Below, in pieces: positions 45,818 to 58,133 of a stretch of 64,000 nucleotides of DNA. The number at the start of each line of letters is the position of its first letter. Within the stretch, counting starts at the first letter, position 1. Source of the DNA: an uncultured Chlorobiaceae bacterium (GTDB taxonomy: Bacteria > Bacteroidota > Chlorobiia > Chlorobiales > Chlorobiaceae). A program made the position numbers and the translations under genes. The stretch lies in the NCBI GenBank assembly GCA_903882665.1, contig CAIRXW010000024.1, positions 32,217 to 96,216 of the forward strand, in the 5' to 3' direction. Under the pieces are notes generated by a model. The model made no database searches. It worked only from the letters and a program-made list of their open reading frames with translations, and was not told the DNA's origin.

Positions 45818-47713
45818 ATGGATAAAATTCTGCGAAGCACGTTGCTCGTATCGTATTTTGTGACAGCTCTTTTTGCTCTGCTGTTTGGCCGGCTTTTCTA
45901 TATGCAGGTACTTAATTATCAACAGCTTGGCTCAATTTCGGCCACGAACAGCATTCGCAGGATCTTTGTTAAGCCTCCGAGAGGACGCATGATTGACCGA
46001 AATGGCGTTTATATTGTCGATAATCAGCCACTCTATACGGTGAAGATTGTTCCTTCTGAATTCAAAAAAGAACGTACCGCTTTTCTTGCATGGCTGATGC
46101 AGAAGCCGGAAGAGGAGTTGAGGGAGATCATCAGGAAAGGATCGGCGTTCAACCGCTATTCAGCCGCCATTATAAGCCGTAACCTTGATGCTGTTGCGAT
46201 AGCGAGAGTGAGCGAAAATCTCTGGCAGCTTCCTGGCGTCCTTATAGAGACTGACAACAAGAGGCTCTATCCGGATTCTCTTTGCGGATCCCATCTCTTC
46301 GGCTATTTACGCTCCATCCCCAGGGAAAAACTTGAGGAACTGGCTGATCAGGGTTACACCCAGGATGATAAAATCGGGTTCAGCGGACTGGAAAAATTTT
46401 ATGAGGAGGAGCTGAAAGGGCAGAAAGGAATGCGGTTTGAAATGGTTACTCCTCTCGGCAAATACGCTGGACGATATGATAATGGAAAAAACGATATTCC
46501 CTCCGTAAAAGGGAGTGATCTCTATCTTTCTATTGATGCGGGCCTGCAGGAACTTGCAGAAAAACTTTTGAGGAAAACCGGAAAATCCGGAGCTGTCGTA
46601 GCCATCGACCCTGCCACTGGCGGTGTTCTTGCCCTTGCCAGTGCTCCCGACTACAATCTTGATATCTTCAATGGCTCAACCGATCGGAAAGGATGGAACG
46701 ATATTGTTACCTCTCCCCAGAAACCACTTTTTAACCGCGCTGTTCAGGCAGTCTATCCGCCCGGTTCCGTCTACAAGATGATTCTTGCCATGGCGGCGCT
46801 GGAGGAGGGAAAAATGGATCCAGCAAAAAAAATACTGGACAACGGCGCATTTGTCTTCGGGCATAGACGCTTTCTCAGTAACGAAGGCAAAGGACACGGA
46901 TGGGTGGATATGAGAGAGGCTATTACGGTCTCCTCAAATGTCTATTTTTATAACCTGATTTTTAATGTCGGCTTTGAAGATTGGACAAAGTATGGGGCGA
47001 TGTTCGGTTTTGGAGAAAAAACCGGCATTGATCTGCCTGGCGAGCGAAATGGACTCCTGCCATCAACCGAGTACTACAATAAAAGGTATGGCGAGAACAA
47101 GTGGACAAAGGGATATCTGGTCAGCCTAGCGATTGGTCAGGGAGAACTTGGCACGACTCCTTTGCAGCTTGCGGCCTATGCTGCGGCTCTTGCAAACAAT
47201 GGTACTCTCTTTCAGCCCCATATCGTCACCGGTTACCGCGATACGGCGACCGGTGAATATTTCTCGTACGAATATGACAAGCAGCAACTTCCTGTTTCAA
47301 AAGCAACATTTAACCTTATCCATGATGGGATGGTGGGCGTGGTAGAGAGAGGTACGGGGACACTGGCAAAAGTAGAGGGTGTAACCGTTGCAGGAAAAAC
47401 CGGTACCGCACAAAATCCTCATGGAAAAGATCATGCGTGGTTTATTGCTTATGCGCCCGTTGAGAACCCAAAAATCGCCATGGCTGTCCTTGTTGAAAAT
47501 GCTGGTTTCGGTGGAGCCATTTCGGCTCCGATTGCCCGTGAACTGATCCGTTATTATGTCAAGGGAGAGAAGCCGGCTGTTGTAGCGCCCCAAAAAGGGA
47601 TAAAACCTTCGGCGACAGCCTTACCGCAGCCAGACAGTACAAAAAACAGCACTCCCTCCGAGCCTCTCATGAAGAGTAATAACGGGAACAATACCGGAAA
47701 AACAGCAGAATGA
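45818..47713 (+). CDS. mrdA: Penicillin-binding protein 2 (elongasome transpeptidase)
   Basis: 631 aa. PPGSVYKM (SxxK), SSNVYF (SxN), KTGTAQ (KTG). Confidence 0.9.
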   Translation: MDKILRSTLLVSYFVTALFALLFGRLFYMQVLNYQQLGSISATNSIRRIFVKPPRGRMIDRNGVYIVDNQPLYTVKIVPSEFKKERTAFLAWLMQKPEEELREIIRKGSAFNRYSAAIISRNLDAVAIARVSENLWQLPGVLIETDNKRLYPDSLCGSHLFGYLRSIPREKLEELADQGYTQDDKIGFSGLEKFYEEELKGQKGMRFEMVTPLGKYAGRYDNGKNDIPSVKGSDLYLSIDAGLQELAEKLLRKTGKSGAVVAIDPATGGVLALASAPDYNLDIFNGSTDRKGWNDIVTSPQKPLFNRAVQAVYPPGSVYKMILAMAALEEGKMDPAKKILDNGAFVFGHRRFLSNEGKGHGWVDMREAITVSSNVYFYNLIFNVGFEDWTKYGAMFGFGEKTGIDLPGERNGLLPSTEYYNKRYGENKWTKGYLVSLAIGQGELGTTPLQLAAYAAALANNGTLFQPHIVTGYRDTATGEYFSYEYDKQQLPVSKATFNLIHDGMVGVVERGTGTLAKVEGVTVAGKTGTAQNPHGKDHAWFIAYAPVENPKIAMAVLVENAGFGGAISAPIARELIRYYVKGEKPAVVAPQKGIKPSATALPQPDSTKNSTPSEPLMKSNNGNNTGKTAE

Positions 47714-49197
47714 TATACAAGGATGATCCTGATTCCATAAGGGGGTTTCTCGAGGATACGAGTAACCTGAAGAGCGGTCATACGCCGGGGGTTTTTTTCC
47801 CGGAGAGCGTGGATGAACTTTCCGGACTCCTCAAAAGTGCAATTGAGGAGCACCGCCGCTTCACCATTGCCGGAAATGGAACCGGAACAACCGGCGGAAG
47901 AATTCCCCAGGGAGAGTATGTCATTTCGATGCAAAAGCTTGACCGGATCGGCGAACCGGTAGCGCTTTCCCCCGACAGGGCGTCTATAACTGTGCAGGCG
48001 GGAGTACTCCTCGAAACGATCCAGAAAAAAGTGGAGCAGTCCGGCTGGTTTTATCCACCAGATCCGACTGAAAAGCTCTGTTTTATCGGCAGCACCATCG
48101 CGAACAACTCTTCAGGTGCACGAAGCTTCAAATACGGAGCGACACGAAACCATGTTGCAAGAATCCTTCTCATCCTGGCCCAGGGCGAGCGACTCAACCT
48201 TTCGCGCGGGGTGTGCCGGGCTGACAAGGATGGCCTCTTCCGCTTCAGCCTGCCTTCTGGCAGGGAGATGATCTTCAAGAGACCAGGGTACCGGATGCCT
48301 GAAACCTCAAAACACAATGCGGGCTACTTTTCAGAGGAGGGAATGGATCTTGTTGACCTCTTCATCGGATCTGAAGGAACGCTTGCGGTTATTGCGGAAG
48401 CCGATCTTCTGCTCACTCCCCTTCCGCCAACCATCATCTCCTGCCTGGTTTACTTCAGAAAGATTGATGAGTTGTTCAGCTTTGTCAGCTTGCTTAAAGA
48501 ACCGGCAAACGGCATCTCGCCAAGGGCGATAGAGTTTTTTGATGGCCATTCGCTTGAGTTTCTTGCTGCAAGGTATCCCGAAGTGCCCGACAAGAGCGAG
48601 GGAGCCATTTTTTTGGAGCTGGAAACAACTCCTGAGAGGGAGGAAAACGACCTTGACACACTCTTCGGGTTGATGGAGTCATGCAATGCCATGAGCGATG
48701 AGTCGTGGATGGCGCTTGACCGTGATGAACAGGAGCGGTTGCGGGAGTTTCGACACGCATTGCCGCTTATCGTCAACGACTGGCTCAGCCGGCAGCATGA
48801 AAGCAAAATCAGCACAGACATGGCCGTACCGGAGAGTGCATTCCGCGAACTGTTTGATTTTTATTGCAGTTCTTGCGAACAGCGGGGCTTTGTCTATATT
48901 ATTTTTGGTCATATAGGAGATGCGCATCTGCACCTGAACATCCTGCCGCGCAACCGCGAAGAGTTTATAGAGGCAAAGGCCCTCTACCGCAAGTTTGTTG
49001 ACAAGGCTCTTGAGTTGGGGGGAACGCTTTCAGCAGAGCATGGGATTGGCAAGCTCAAGGCAGAGTATCTTGTCGGGATGTATCATGAATGCGGCATAAG
49101 GGAGATGGCTCGGGTAAAAAAATACCTGGATCCTTTTCTGCTGCTCAACAGGGGAAATCTTATCCCTGCCGCATATTTGGAAACTGAAACCCATTGA
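47710..49197 (+). CDS. FAD-linked oxidase (GlcD / D-lactate dehydrogenase family)
   Basis: 495 aa. An FAD_binding_4-like N-terminus (AGNGTGTTGG) and C-terminal FGHIGDAHLHLNI, SAEHGIGKLK. Confidence 0.8.
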   Translation: MIYKDDPDSIRGFLEDTSNLKSGHTPGVFFPESVDELSGLLKSAIEEHRRFTIAGNGTGTTGGRIPQGEYVISMQKLDRIGEPVALSPDRASITVQAGVLLETIQKKVEQSGWFYPPDPTEKLCFIGSTIANNSSGARSFKYGATRNHVARILLILAQGERLNLSRGVCRADKDGLFRFSLPSGREMIFKRPGYRMPETSKHNAGYFSEEGMDLVDLFIGSEGTLAVIAEADLLLTPLPPTIISCLVYFRKIDELFSFVSLLKEPANGISPRAIEFFDGHSLEFLAARYPEVPDKSEGAIFLELETTPEREENDLDTLFGLMESCNAMSDESWMALDRDEQERLREFRHALPLIVNDWLSRQHESKISTDMAVPESAFRELFDFYCSSCEQRGFVYIIFGHIGDAHLHLNILPRNREEFIEAKALYRKFVDKALELGGTLSAEHGIGKLKAEYLVGMYHECGIREMARVKKYLDPFLLLNRGNLIPAAYLETETH

Positions 49198-49209
49198 ACC
49201 CAGGTCACG

Positions 49210-49683
49210 GTGGCAAAAAAGCAAAACATTCAGCAGTATGTCCAGGCCATTCAGAACAGAAAGGCCCGTTACGAATTTGAAATTCTCGATACCATCGTTG
49301 TCGGTATCCAGCTTTTCGGCAGCGAAGTCAAATCGGTGCGGCTTGGAAAAGCGAGCCTGAGCGAGAGTTTTGCCATCATTCTTCGTAATGAGGTTTGGCT
49401 TGAAAACATGCAGATCACCCCTTACGAGCACTGCCATACGGATCAGCCAGAGGCGAAACGGAGCCGGAAATTGCTGCTGCATAAAGCGGAGATCCGCAAA
49501 ATCCAGACAAAAATCAGTGAAAAGGGGCTCACGCTGGTACCGCTGAAGGCGTTTTTCAACTCGAAAGGGCTATTGAAAATTGAGCTTGCCATAGCCAAAG
49601 GCAAAAAGCTCTACGACAAGCGAGAAACGATAAAAGCGCGGGAAAACCAGCGACAGATGGAGCAAATCAAAAAGCAATACTAA
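49210..49683 (+). CDS. smpB: SsrA-binding protein
   Basis: 157 aa with a GTG start. [47 protein letters not shown]. Confidence 0.9.
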   Translation: MAKKQNIQQYVQAIQNRKARYEFEILDTIVVGIQLFGSEVKSVRLGKASLSESFAIILRNEVWLENMQITPYEHCHTDQPEAKRSRKLLLHKAEIRKIQTKISEKGLTLVPLKAFFNSKGLLKIELAIAKGKKLYDKRETIKARENQRQMEQIKKQY

Positions 49684-49709
49684 ACAAAAAAATCAAAGAG
49701 AAAATCCAG

Positions 49710-50999
49710 ATGCTTTTTCCAGGTGTACAGGAACAGCTTGATATTATTGAGCGTAATACCGTCGAAATACTCAGCAATAAAGAGGAGCTTGAAAAAAAAC
49801 TGACGTTTAGCTTTCAGTCAGGCAAGCCACTCAAAATAAAGTTTGGAGCCGACCCGTCAAGGCCTGACCTCCATCTCGGTCACTCGGTCGTGCTGCGCAA
49901 ACTCAGGGAGTTTCAGGATCTCGGCCATGAAGCCATTCTGATCATCGGCGACTTTACCGCCATGATCGGCGATCCTTCCGGAAAAAGCAAGACAAGGCCA
50001 CAACTCTCGGCAGAAGAGGCCAAGGAGAACGGTTTAAGCTACTTTGAGCAGGCTGCAAAAATTCTTGATGCTGAAAAAACCACCATCTGTTATAACTCCG
50101 ACTGGCTTGGGAAGATGAGTTTTGCTGATGTCATCAAACTTTCAAGCCACTATACGGTAGCACGGATGCTTGAGCGTGACGACTTTGAGCGCCGCTATCG
50201 TGGACAGGAACCGATTTCGGTTCACGAGTTTCTCTATCCCCTTGCCCAGGGAATGGATTCCGTTCACCTGAAAAACGATGTCGAACTTGGGGGTACTGAC
50301 CAGAAATTCAACCTTCTTGTCGGCCGGGATCTGCAACGGGAATACGGAATTGCTCCGCAGGTCTGCATAACCATGCCCATCCTTGCTGGTACCGAAGGCA
50401 AGGAGAAGATGTCGAAATCGCTCGGTAATGCCATCTGTTTCAATGACACTCCTGCCGATATGTACGGCAAGGTGCTCTCCATTCCCGACACACTCATTAA
50501 AGATTATTTCAATTTTCTTGTCATAGAAAAGAAAAAGCCGGATATCCTTGGGAATATCAATCCCTCTCCCACTCCCGGGAATCACATAGAGATGACGACC
50601 ACGTCAACGGATAACGCGCTCGACGAATTCATCAAGAATAGTCCAAGAGAGACGAAAAGAGCTCTTGCAAAAGGAATTGTTGCTCAATACCACTCCCCCG
50701 AAAAGGCCGAAGAGGCTGAACTTCAATTTGATCAGCTCTTTATTCACAAAAAAGCGCCTGAGCATATTGAACTTTTTGAATTTGACGGCCCTTCGATGCC
50801 GATCATCGACCTTTTGATGACCCTTGGTGCTGCCGCTTCAAAAAGTGAGGCACGACGGATGATCCAGCAGAAATCGGTTCTCGTTGATGAAAGAAAGATT
50901 GTGGACATTGCCGAGTGCATTGAGCTGGGCTTTGAACCGAAAATCATCAAGGCTGGAAAAAGAAGGTTTTTTAAAGTGGCCACAAGAAAATCATTTTGA
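49710..50999 (+). CDS. tyrS: Tyrosine--tRNA ligase
   Basis: 429 aa. HLGH (HIGH) motif, KMSKSLGN (KMSKS), and a C-terminal S4-like domain. Confidence 0.92.
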   Translation: MLFPGVQEQLDIIERNTVEILSNKEELEKKLTFSFQSGKPLKIKFGADPSRPDLHLGHSVVLRKLREFQDLGHEAILIIGDFTAMIGDPSGKSKTRPQLSAEEAKENGLSYFEQAAKILDAEKTTICYNSDWLGKMSFADVIKLSSHYTVARMLERDDFERRYRGQEPISVHEFLYPLAQGMDSVHLKNDVELGGTDQKFNLLVGRDLQREYGIAPQVCITMPILAGTEGKEKMSKSLGNAICFNDTPADMYGKVLSIPDTLIKDYFNFLVIEKKKPDILGNINPSPTPGNHIEMTTTSTDNALDEFIKNSPRETKRALAKGIVAQYHSPEKAEEAELQFDQLFIHKKAPEHIELFEFDGPSMPIIDLLMTLGAAASKSEARRMIQQKSVLVDERKIVDIAECIELGFEPKIIKAGKRRFFKVATRKSF

Positions 51000-51080
51000 A
51001 TGCGACTGCTTTTTCCTATAATTCGTCAATTTCGGTAGTATAACTGCTTCAAACAACAATATCAATCCGGAGGTACGGCA

Positions 51081-51626
51081 TTGTCATTTGTCCCATCAAA
51101 AGTATTTTTCACCAAAGGTGTGGGAAGACACAAGGAATATCTCTCCTCGTTCGAGCTTGCCCTGAGAGAGGCTAAAATCGAAAAATGCAATCTGGTCACG
51201 GTATCAAGTATTTTTCCTCCTCATTGTGAGCGCATCAGCGTAGAAGAAGGTATAAAACTCCTGTCTCCGGGACAGATAACCTTTGCGGTCATGGCACGCA
51301 ATTCAACAAATGAATTCAACCGCCTGATTGCCGCTTCGGTAGGAGTCGCCATTCCTGCTGACGATACCCAGTACGGTTATCTGTCGGAACATCATCCGTT
51401 CGGGGAGTCGGCCGAACAGTCTGGTGAATATGCTGAAGACCTGGCGGCAACAATGCTTGCGACCACCCTTGGCATTGAGTTTGATCCCAACAAGGACTGG
51501 GATGAGCGTGAGGGTATTTACAAAATGAGTGGAAAAATCATCAATTCATACAACATCACTGAAACCGCAGAGGGTGACAATGGCCTGTGGACAACGGTCA
51601 TTTCGTGTGCCGTTCTGCTGCCGTAG
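51081..51626 (+). CDS. pdaD: Pyruvoyl-dependent arginine decarboxylase
   Basis: 181 aa with a TTG start. [24 protein letters not shown]...NLV.VSSI.PP. Confidence 0.85.
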   Translation: MSFVPSKVFFTKGVGRHKEYLSSFELALREAKIEKCNLVTVSSIFPPHCERISVEEGIKLLSPGQITFAVMARNSTNEFNRLIAASVGVAIPADDTQYGYLSEHHPFGESAEQSGEYAEDLAATMLATTLGIEFDPNKDWDEREGIYKMSGKIINSYNITETAEGDNGLWTTVISCAVLLP

Positions 51627-51793
51627 TGGCGATTGATCCGATTCGGGGAAAATGAGCGCGATCAATTTTTCGCCCCAAAAAGTATCTCCTGTTTGAAAAA
51701 TGTTGCCAGACGGGGAGTAGCGCATCGTATTGCCTGCTCCCCGTTTCTTTTTGCAAACACTCCAGGCACAACCCATTATTTCAGTGACCACTC

Positions 51794-52414
51794 ATGATTT
51801 TTCTTACATCCTTCCAGAATATCCGTTCACTTGAGGAGTTGATTCTCTGGGGTGGGTACCTGCTGCTTTTCGTCATTATTTTTGCTGAAACAGGCCTGTT
51901 TGCCGGTTTTTTTCTTCCGGGCGACTCTCTGCTCATTACCGCCGGGCTCATTGCGGCTTCAGGAAGCCTCAACATTTTTCTCGTTCTTGCAATCCTTGTT
52001 TCTGGAGCGGTTCTGGGTGACGCCACTGGCTATTTTATTGGCAAAAAACTTAAAAACTCAATCTTTGCAAAAAAGGATTCCCGATTCTTTCATCGCGAAC
52101 ACTTGCAGAAAGCAGAGGCTTTTTATAAAAAACATGGATCAAAAACCGTTTTTCTTGCGCGCTTTGTACCAATTGTACGAAGCTTTACAGCAACCCTCGC
52201 TGGTGTAACGGCCATGCCTTTCAAGGTATTTTTGTTTTTCAGCCTCTGCGGCTCTTTCATCTGGGTTCTCTGTTTTACGCTGATCGGCTATTTTATTGCG
52301 CGGCTCTTTCCTGATATTGTTCAATATCTGCACACCATCATCCTTACGGGGATAATCCTTATCGTAGCCAGCGCCCTGAAAAGCCTGAAACAGCAGAAAA
52401 GAGCCAATAACTGA
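51794..52414 (+). CDS. DedA-family membrane protein
   Basis: 206 aa. ...[18 protein letters not shown]..., [12 protein letters not shown]. Confidence 0.85.
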   Translation: MIFLTSFQNIRSLEELILWGGYLLLFVIIFAETGLFAGFFLPGDSLLITAGLIAASGSLNIFLVLAILVSGAVLGDATGYFIGKKLKNSIFAKKDSRFFHREHLQKAEAFYKKHGSKTVFLARFVPIVRSFTATLAGVTAMPFKVFLFFSLCGSFIWVLCFTLIGYFIARLFPDIVQYLHTIILTGIILIVASALKSLKQQKRANN

Positions 52415-52513
52415 AGATTTATATCATTTTACGCGCAAACACTGACGGATATTTATCCCTGCTATGGTATTTTCCAGCACAATATCGTTTAACAAACTGT
52501 GCATTCAACTGTT

Positions 52514-54109
52514 ATGACTGAATCGATCAAAACTGATGTTCTGGTGATCGGCAGCGGCATAGGCGGACTCTATTTTGCCATTCACATGGCCGATCATGCC
52601 AAGGTAACGATTATCACAAAAAAGGAGAGTTCCACCTCCAATACCAACTGGGCTCAGGGTGGTATTGCCGCCACCATAGACAGCAATGACAGTGCCGAGT
52701 TGCATATTGCCGACACCCTTGATGCCGGTGCCGGGCTATGCAACCTCGAAATGGTCTCACTCATGGTGGAGGAGGGCCCCCGGCATATAGAGCGTCTTAT
52801 GGAGCTTGGTGTCAACTTTACAACCTCCGACAACGAGCACCTCCATCTTGGCAAGGAGGGCGGTCATTCCAGAAGCCGCATTGTCCATGCACAGGATCTG
52901 ACCGGGCGGGAGATTGAAACGGCTCTTCTCAATCGTATCAACAGCCATCCCAATATCACCCTCCTTGAGCACCATTTTGCCATCGAGTTGCTGACAGAGC
53001 ATCATCTTGGCATCAAGACAAACGATATCAACTGTTACGGAGCCTACGTACTTGATTCAAGGCAGCGGCAGCCAAAAAAGATTCTTGCAAAAATCACCAT
53101 GCTCGCCTCCGGCGGACTCGGTCATATCTATCCCTATACGACCAATCCGGAGATTGCTACCGGAGACGGTGTGGCAATGGCATACCGGGCAGGAGCTGAA
53201 ATTGCCAATATGGAGTTTATCCAGTTTCATCCGACCGCTCTTTACCACCCAAAGGCAAAATCATTTTTGATTTCTGAAGCTGTCCGGGGATTCGGAGGAG
53301 TCCTGAGACTGAAAAACGGTCAGGAGTTCATGCACAAGTATGATAAACGACTGAACCTGGCACCTCGCGATATTGTGGCCCGCGCCATCGACTCGGAGAT
53401 TAAAAAAAGCGGTGAAGAGTGCGTCTTCCTTGATGTGACACATATTGATCCTGAAAAAACAAGGGCGCATTTTCCCAATATCTACGAAACCTGTCTCCGC
53501 TTTGGCATTGATATGACGAGGGAGATGATCCCCGTGGTTCCTGCGGCACACTATTCATGCGGCGGTGTACGTACCGATAAGCGGGGACGAAGCACCATCG
53601 CAAGGCTCTATGCCTGCGGAGAGACAAGTTGTACCGGTGTTCACGGAGCAAATCGCCTTGCAAGCAACTCTCTGCTCGAAGCTCTTGTCTTCGCATGGAG
53701 GTCATATCTTGATATCAGCGAAGAGTTGCACAAGCGTGACAACAGCATCGATTTTCCGGACTGGGATGATACGGGTACCGTCAATTCAGAGGAGTGGATT
53801 TTGGTATCCCACAACAAAAGGGAGGCACAGCAGGTTATGAACGATTATGTTGGTATTGTGCGCAGCGACCTTCGCCTGCAGCGAGCAAACCGACGAATTG
53901 ATTTTCTCAAGGAGGAGACCGAGTCCTATTACAAAAAAACCAAGATCACAACACAGATCCTTGAGCTGAGAAATATCATCAAGGTGGCCAGCCTTATCAT
54001 CGAATGCGCCATCAAACGCCGCGAATCGAGAGGACTGCATTATACAACCGATTATCCAGGCAGAGATGATGCCCATTTTTTGATCGACACGGTACTGAGA
54101 TCGTTTTAA
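52514..54109 (+). CDS. nadB: L-aspartate oxidase
   Basis: The ORF begins at 52499 (GTG); ATG 52514 is preferred. [62 protein letters not shown]. Confidence 0.9.
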   Translation: MTESIKTDVLVIGSGIGGLYFAIHMADHAKVTIITKKESSTSNTNWAQGGIAATIDSNDSAELHIADTLDAGAGLCNLEMVSLMVEEGPRHIERLMELGVNFTTSDNEHLHLGKEGGHSRSRIVHAQDLTGREIETALLNRINSHPNITLLEHHFAIELLTEHHLGIKTNDINCYGAYVLDSRQRQPKKILAKITMLASGGLGHIYPYTTNPEIATGDGVAMAYRAGAEIANMEFIQFHPTALYHPKAKSFLISEAVRGFGGVLRLKNGQEFMHKYDKRLNLAPRDIVARAIDSEIKKSGEECVFLDVTHIDPEKTRAHFPNIYETCLRFGIDMTREMIPVVPAAHYSCGGVRTDKRGRSTIARLYACGETSCTGVHGANRLASNSLLEALVFAWRSYLDISEELHKRDNSIDFPDWDDTGTVNSEEWILVSHNKREAQQVMNDYVGIVRSDLRLQRANRRIDFLKEETESYYKKTKITTQILELRNIIKVASLIIECAIKRRESRGLHYTTDYPGRDDAHFLIDTVLRSF

Positions 54110-54161
54110 CAACCGTGTTGCCAGGACACGGATAATTATTAGGGCACGCCCTGGCGTGCCC

Positions 54162-54995
54162 CTACTTTACCTCCTGCCAATCCCTCGCATAGCGAAAATC
54201 GATACCGGGTGTCCGTGCGGATATTTTGGCGATGACGGGCATCATTCTTTTGTACTGGTTCCGCACAACCATCGTCCGCACACGGTCATAAAATGGTTCC
54301 GGAACCCCTTCGCCAAGAATGGCGGTTTTATCCATCCGCTTTTCAAGCATCATGTAGAGGAGTAGATCAACCGATTCATAACTGAAGCCGAGCTCCTCCT
54401 CATCGCTTTGTCCTTCCCAGAGATCCGCCGAAGGTGCTTTGAGAATAAGGGGCTCCGGAATTTGGAGGTGACGGGCAAGACCCCTTAACTGGGTTTTATA
54501 GAGATCACCGACCGGGTTGATGGCTGAAGCCATATCGCCAAACATGGTACCATAACCAAGAAGCAGCTCTGTTTTGTTGCTCGTTCCCGTCACGAGACGA
54601 CCATCTCTTGCAGAAACATCATAGAGAAAAATCATCCTGGTTCGAGCCATGATATTACCCCGTCTCAACAACTGCCCTTCGGGCACAGAGGAAAAAAAAG
54701 CGTCAACAACCGGCGTAATCGGCATCTCTTCAGCCTTTATACCAAGTTTGCGGATCATGAGCTCAGCATGTCCCAGACTTTCCGGGCTGCTTGAAGCATA
54801 GGGCATCATGAGCCCCAGCACATTCTCCCGGCCAAGTGCACGGACGGCAAGTTCACAGACAACCGCTGAATCAATGCCTCCTGAAAGGCCAAGAACAACG
54901 GAACGAAATTTGAATTTGCGAATCTCATTGAAAATAAATGCCTTGAGAATATCCTCGACCATAGGGTAATCGAGGTGGAGATCATGAACCTTCAT
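54162..54995 (-). CDS. nadE: NH3-dependent NAD+ synthetase
   Basis: ORF 54162..55043, start trimmed to MKVHDL. PP-loop [27 protein letters not shown]. Confidence 0.88.
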   Translation of the reverse strand: MKVHDLHLDYPMVEDILKAFIFNEIRKFKFRSVVLGLSGGIDSAVVCELAVRALGRENVLGLMMPYASSSPESLGHAELMIRKLGIKAEEMPITPVVDAFFSSVPEGQLLRRGNIMARTRMIFLYDVSARDGRLVTGTSNKTELLLGYGTMFGDMASAINPVGDLYKTQLRGLARHLQIPEPLILKAPSADLWEGQSDEEELGFSYESVDLLLYMMLEKRMDKTAILGEGVPEPFYDRVRTMVVRNQYKRMMPVIAKISARTPGIDFRYARDWQEVK

Positions 54996-55072
54996 AACGG
55001 AGCCACATAAACGTTGAAATATCAAAATAGCCGGGCTGATCACCCGAACTTCCCTTTTTGCAGATTACTCCC

Positions 55073-56548
55073 CTATCGCAACCATTTTGCCGGATTCTGC
55101 TTGATACGCCCCTTCCATATCTCAAAATGGACGACTGAGCCGCCTTCTGCCATTTTGCCTGACACGCCCAACAGTTGCTGTGATTTTACAAGTTCGTCCT
55201 TGACAACACGCAATTGGGCAAGATTGGCATAGACGGTAAGGTAGGATTTTGGATGGCGGATAATGACAATATTTCCGAAGGTTGGAAGAAAAGCGATCTG
55301 GACCACTTTACCGCCGGAAACCGCCCTTACCTGGGTGCTGGCAGGAACAGAAATATCGATCCCGTTATTGGTCGTAACTATTTTAAGATCCTTGTCTTCA
55401 ACCGATCCAAACCGGTGAGAGACAACGCCATTCCGCACAGGCCACGGCAGGGAGCCTGAAGCGCTTTCAAAATCGGCAGAAACCCTTTCCAGTTCAGCAG
55501 AATCCATACTGGAAGGCGGAGCGATAACCTCTTTTTCCTGGCTCTGCACAGCGGGTTTTTGCGTCTCTTCAACCTCTTTTTTAGCGATAAGCGGCTCCTG
55601 TTTCTGCCGGAAAGATTTTTTCTTGTTCAGACGCGACTGTTCAGCTTCAAGACGAGCAGCTTCAAGACGTTGTGCTTTAAGACGATTTGCTTCAAGGCGT
55701 TGTAACTCAAGGCGCTTTGCCTGAAGACGCTTTGCCTCCAGGCGTTTTGCTTCAAAAATTTTTTTCTGACGCTCACGCTCTGCCTCCAGCGCACGCTGCT
55801 CGGCAAGAATCAGCGATTCTATCCTTGATTGCAGTTGGCTACGCTTTTTCTGGACAGAGTCGAGCTGCAAGAGGTATTCCTGCTTGTTTTTCCTTAACCG
55901 TTCAAGCGCCACCTCTTTTTCTTTTTGACTCTCCGACCAGCTTTTCAACTGCCGTTCCTGCTCCCTGACTATTTCAGCTTTTTGCTGATAGCTATGCTCA
56001 AGCGCCAGCTTGCTGTTCTCAAGCTTGAGGGCGACCTGCTGCAGATTATCAATATGACGACCGACTGCCCTGCTAAAAAAGCCGATGTATTGAGCACTTA
56101 CCAAGGCTTTGGAAACCGAACCCGCAGCAAAAAAATGCTCTACCTCCCTGTTTTTATCGTATTTGTAAGCTGAAACCGCTATCCTGCGAAAATCATCGGA
56201 AACCCGACCATACAGGCGTCGATTTCCCTGAAATTCATTGTGCAAGTGGTCAATATCCCTGTCAAGCTTTTTAAGATAGTTCTGATTTTCGCCGATCATC
56301 TTTTCAAGCACCAGAATCTGGGTGCGGATATTTTCGAGCACACTGAAGGAGCGCGTCTCCTTGCGGGTTGTTATGCGCAGTTTTGACTGGTACTGCTGAA
56401 GTTGCAGTTTCAGGCTCGCAAGGTTCTGCTCGACCAATGCACGCTCTTTTGTAATCCTCGATATCTCGCTGTTTTTCGGTAAAGCCACTACTGCTGAGGG
56501 CGACATACCCGTCAAAAGCAAAAACAGGAGTGCTGCGATCCGCAACAT
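55073..56548 (-). CDS. M23 peptidase / EnvC-like murein hydrolase activator with a long coiled coil
   Basis: ORF 55073..56701. The start is placed at the signal-peptide-like MLRIAALLFLLLTG (56548). Extensive coiled coil, and a C-terminal LytM domain (GIDISVPASTQVRAVSGGKVV...GNIVIIRH...YANL). Confidence 0.8.
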   Translation of the reverse strand: MLRIAALLFLLLTGMSPSAVVALPKNSEISRITKERALVEQNLASLKLQLQQYQSKLRITTRKETRSFSVLENIRTQILVLEKMIGENQNYLKKLDRDIDHLHNEFQGNRRLYGRVSDDFRRIAVSAYKYDKNREVEHFFAAGSVSKALVSAQYIGFFSRAVGRHIDNLQQVALKLENSKLALEHSYQQKAEIVREQERQLKSWSESQKEKEVALERLRKNKQEYLLQLDSVQKKRSQLQSRIESLILAEQRALEAERERQKKIFEAKRLEAKRLQAKRLELQRLEANRLKAQRLEAARLEAEQSRLNKKKSFRQKQEPLIAKKEVEETQKPAVQSQEKEVIAPPSSMDSAELERVSADFESASGSLPWPVRNGVVSHRFGSVEDKDLKIVTTNNGIDISVPASTQVRAVSGGKVVQIAFLPTFGNIVIIRHPKSYLTVYANLAQLRVVKDELVKSQQLLGVSGKMAEGGSVVHFEIWKGRIKQNPAKWLR

Positions 56549-56781
56549 CCTTGAAAAAAGAGCTGGTGAGGCAATAAAGATCATAAAAAATCCCGGAGCA
56601 TTAAAATTCAACTCTTTTACAAGAAAACAGTAACAAGAAGCCATTGCAAAACACGACAAGAACATCAGCTCAAGGTAAAGGATAAAATCTTTTCTTCGCA
56701 AACGGACAGAGAAAAAAAATTTGTTTTTCCTGAGCTTAAATAATGGTAACTATCCGTTTTTCATCAGCGTTATCAATACAC

Positions 56782-58053
56782 ATGGACAAGCTTGTCATAA
56801 GAGGTGGTCGCCGGATTTCTGGAACCATAACCGCTTCGGGATCAAAAAATACCTCCCTGCCGATCATTGCCGCAACTCTGCTTACCGGGAACGGAACCTT
56901 TACCCTTCATCAGATTCCTGATCTGGTTGATATAAAAACTTTTACCCAGCTCCTGCACCACCTGGGCGCAGAAACAACTTTTGAGGGAAACACCCTGAAA
57001 GTCTCGTCCCGCAACGTGGAAAATGTTCAGGCACCATACGAGCTGGTAAAAAAAATGAGGGCATCAATCTATGTGCTCGGACCGATGCTTGCACGATTTG
57101 GCCATGCAAGGGTATCTCTTCCAGGAGGGTGTGCTTTCGGGCCTCGCCCCATCGATCTTCATTTAATGGCAATGGAAAAACTCGGTGCAACGATTACCAT
57201 TGAAACCGGATTTATTGACGCCACAGTTCCGGGCGGAAAACTGAGGGGCTCTCACATCGAGTTCCCGATCTCTTCTGTCGGAGCGACCGGAAATGCTCTT
57301 ATGGCTGCCGTACTTGCCGAGGGCACCACAACCATCAGCAATGCTGCTGCGGAACCGGAAATTGAGACCCTCTGCAATTTTCTTGTCGCCATGGGTGCAA
57401 CGATCAGAGGAACAGGAACAACCGAACTTGAAATTGAGGGTACGAACACGCTCAAAGCAATTGAATTTCATAATGTTTTTGATCGCATCGAAACGGGAAC
57501 CCTGCTTGCTGCTGCGGCCATAACCGGAGGTGAGATTACCATCAACGGTGTTGAACCCGAGCAGATGAAAGCGGTGTTGAAAAAATTTGTCCATGCGGGT
57601 TGCTCCATAGAGACTACTGAAAACAGTATAACCCTGAAAAGCCCGGAAAAGCTTGTTCCGACTGATGTCACAGCAAAACCTTACCCATCCTTTCCAACCG
57701 ACATGCAGGCACAATGGATTGCTCTGATGACCCAGGCAGAAGGAATAAGTCATATTACCGACAAGGTCTATCATGAACGGTTCAACCATATTCCGGAACT
57801 GAACCGGCTCGGTGCCCATATTGAAATTCACAAAAATCAGGCTCTTGTTCACGGGCCCCAACTTCTTTCAGGCACCAAAGTCATGTCGACCGATCTTAGA
57901 GCATCAGCAAGCCTTGTTCTTGCGGGACTTGTCGCTGAAGGCACGACAGAAGTCCTCAGAGTCTACCACCTCGACCGGGGATATGAGAGGATCGAAATAA
58001 AACTGAACAGCCTTGGAGCCGATATCAGCCGGGAAAAGTATAGCGAATTTTAA
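56782..58053 (+). CDS. murA: UDP-N-acetylglucosamine 1-carboxyvinyltransferase
   Basis: ORF 56743..58053, start trimmed to [41 protein letters not shown], and the C-terminal [13 protein letters not shown]. Confidence 0.92.
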   Translation: MDKLVIRGGRRISGTITASGSKNTSLPIIAATLLTGNGTFTLHQIPDLVDIKTFTQLLHHLGAETTFEGNTLKVSSRNVENVQAPYELVKKMRASIYVLGPMLARFGHARVSLPGGCAFGPRPIDLHLMAMEKLGATITIETGFIDATVPGGKLRGSHIEFPISSVGATGNALMAAVLAEGTTTISNAAAEPEIETLCNFLVAMGATIRGTGTTELEIEGTNTLKAIEFHNVFDRIETGTLLAAAAITGGEITINGVEPEQMKAVLKKFVHAGCSIETTENSITLKSPEKLVPTDVTAKPYPSFPTDMQAQWIALMTQAEGISHITDKVYHERFNHIPELNRLGAHIEIHKNQALVHGPQLLSGTKVMSTDLRASASLVLAGLVAEGTTEVLRVYHLDRGYERIEIKLNSLGADISREKYSEF

Positions 58054-58133
58054 AAATCATGAAAAAAGATAATTATTTGTTTGGATATTATTGGTGAAGC
58101 ATTATATTAACTGCCTCTAAAGCCAAGCATTGA

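Noticed and set aside
57163-57861. 232-aa minus-strand ORF
   Set aside because: It is antisense to murA.
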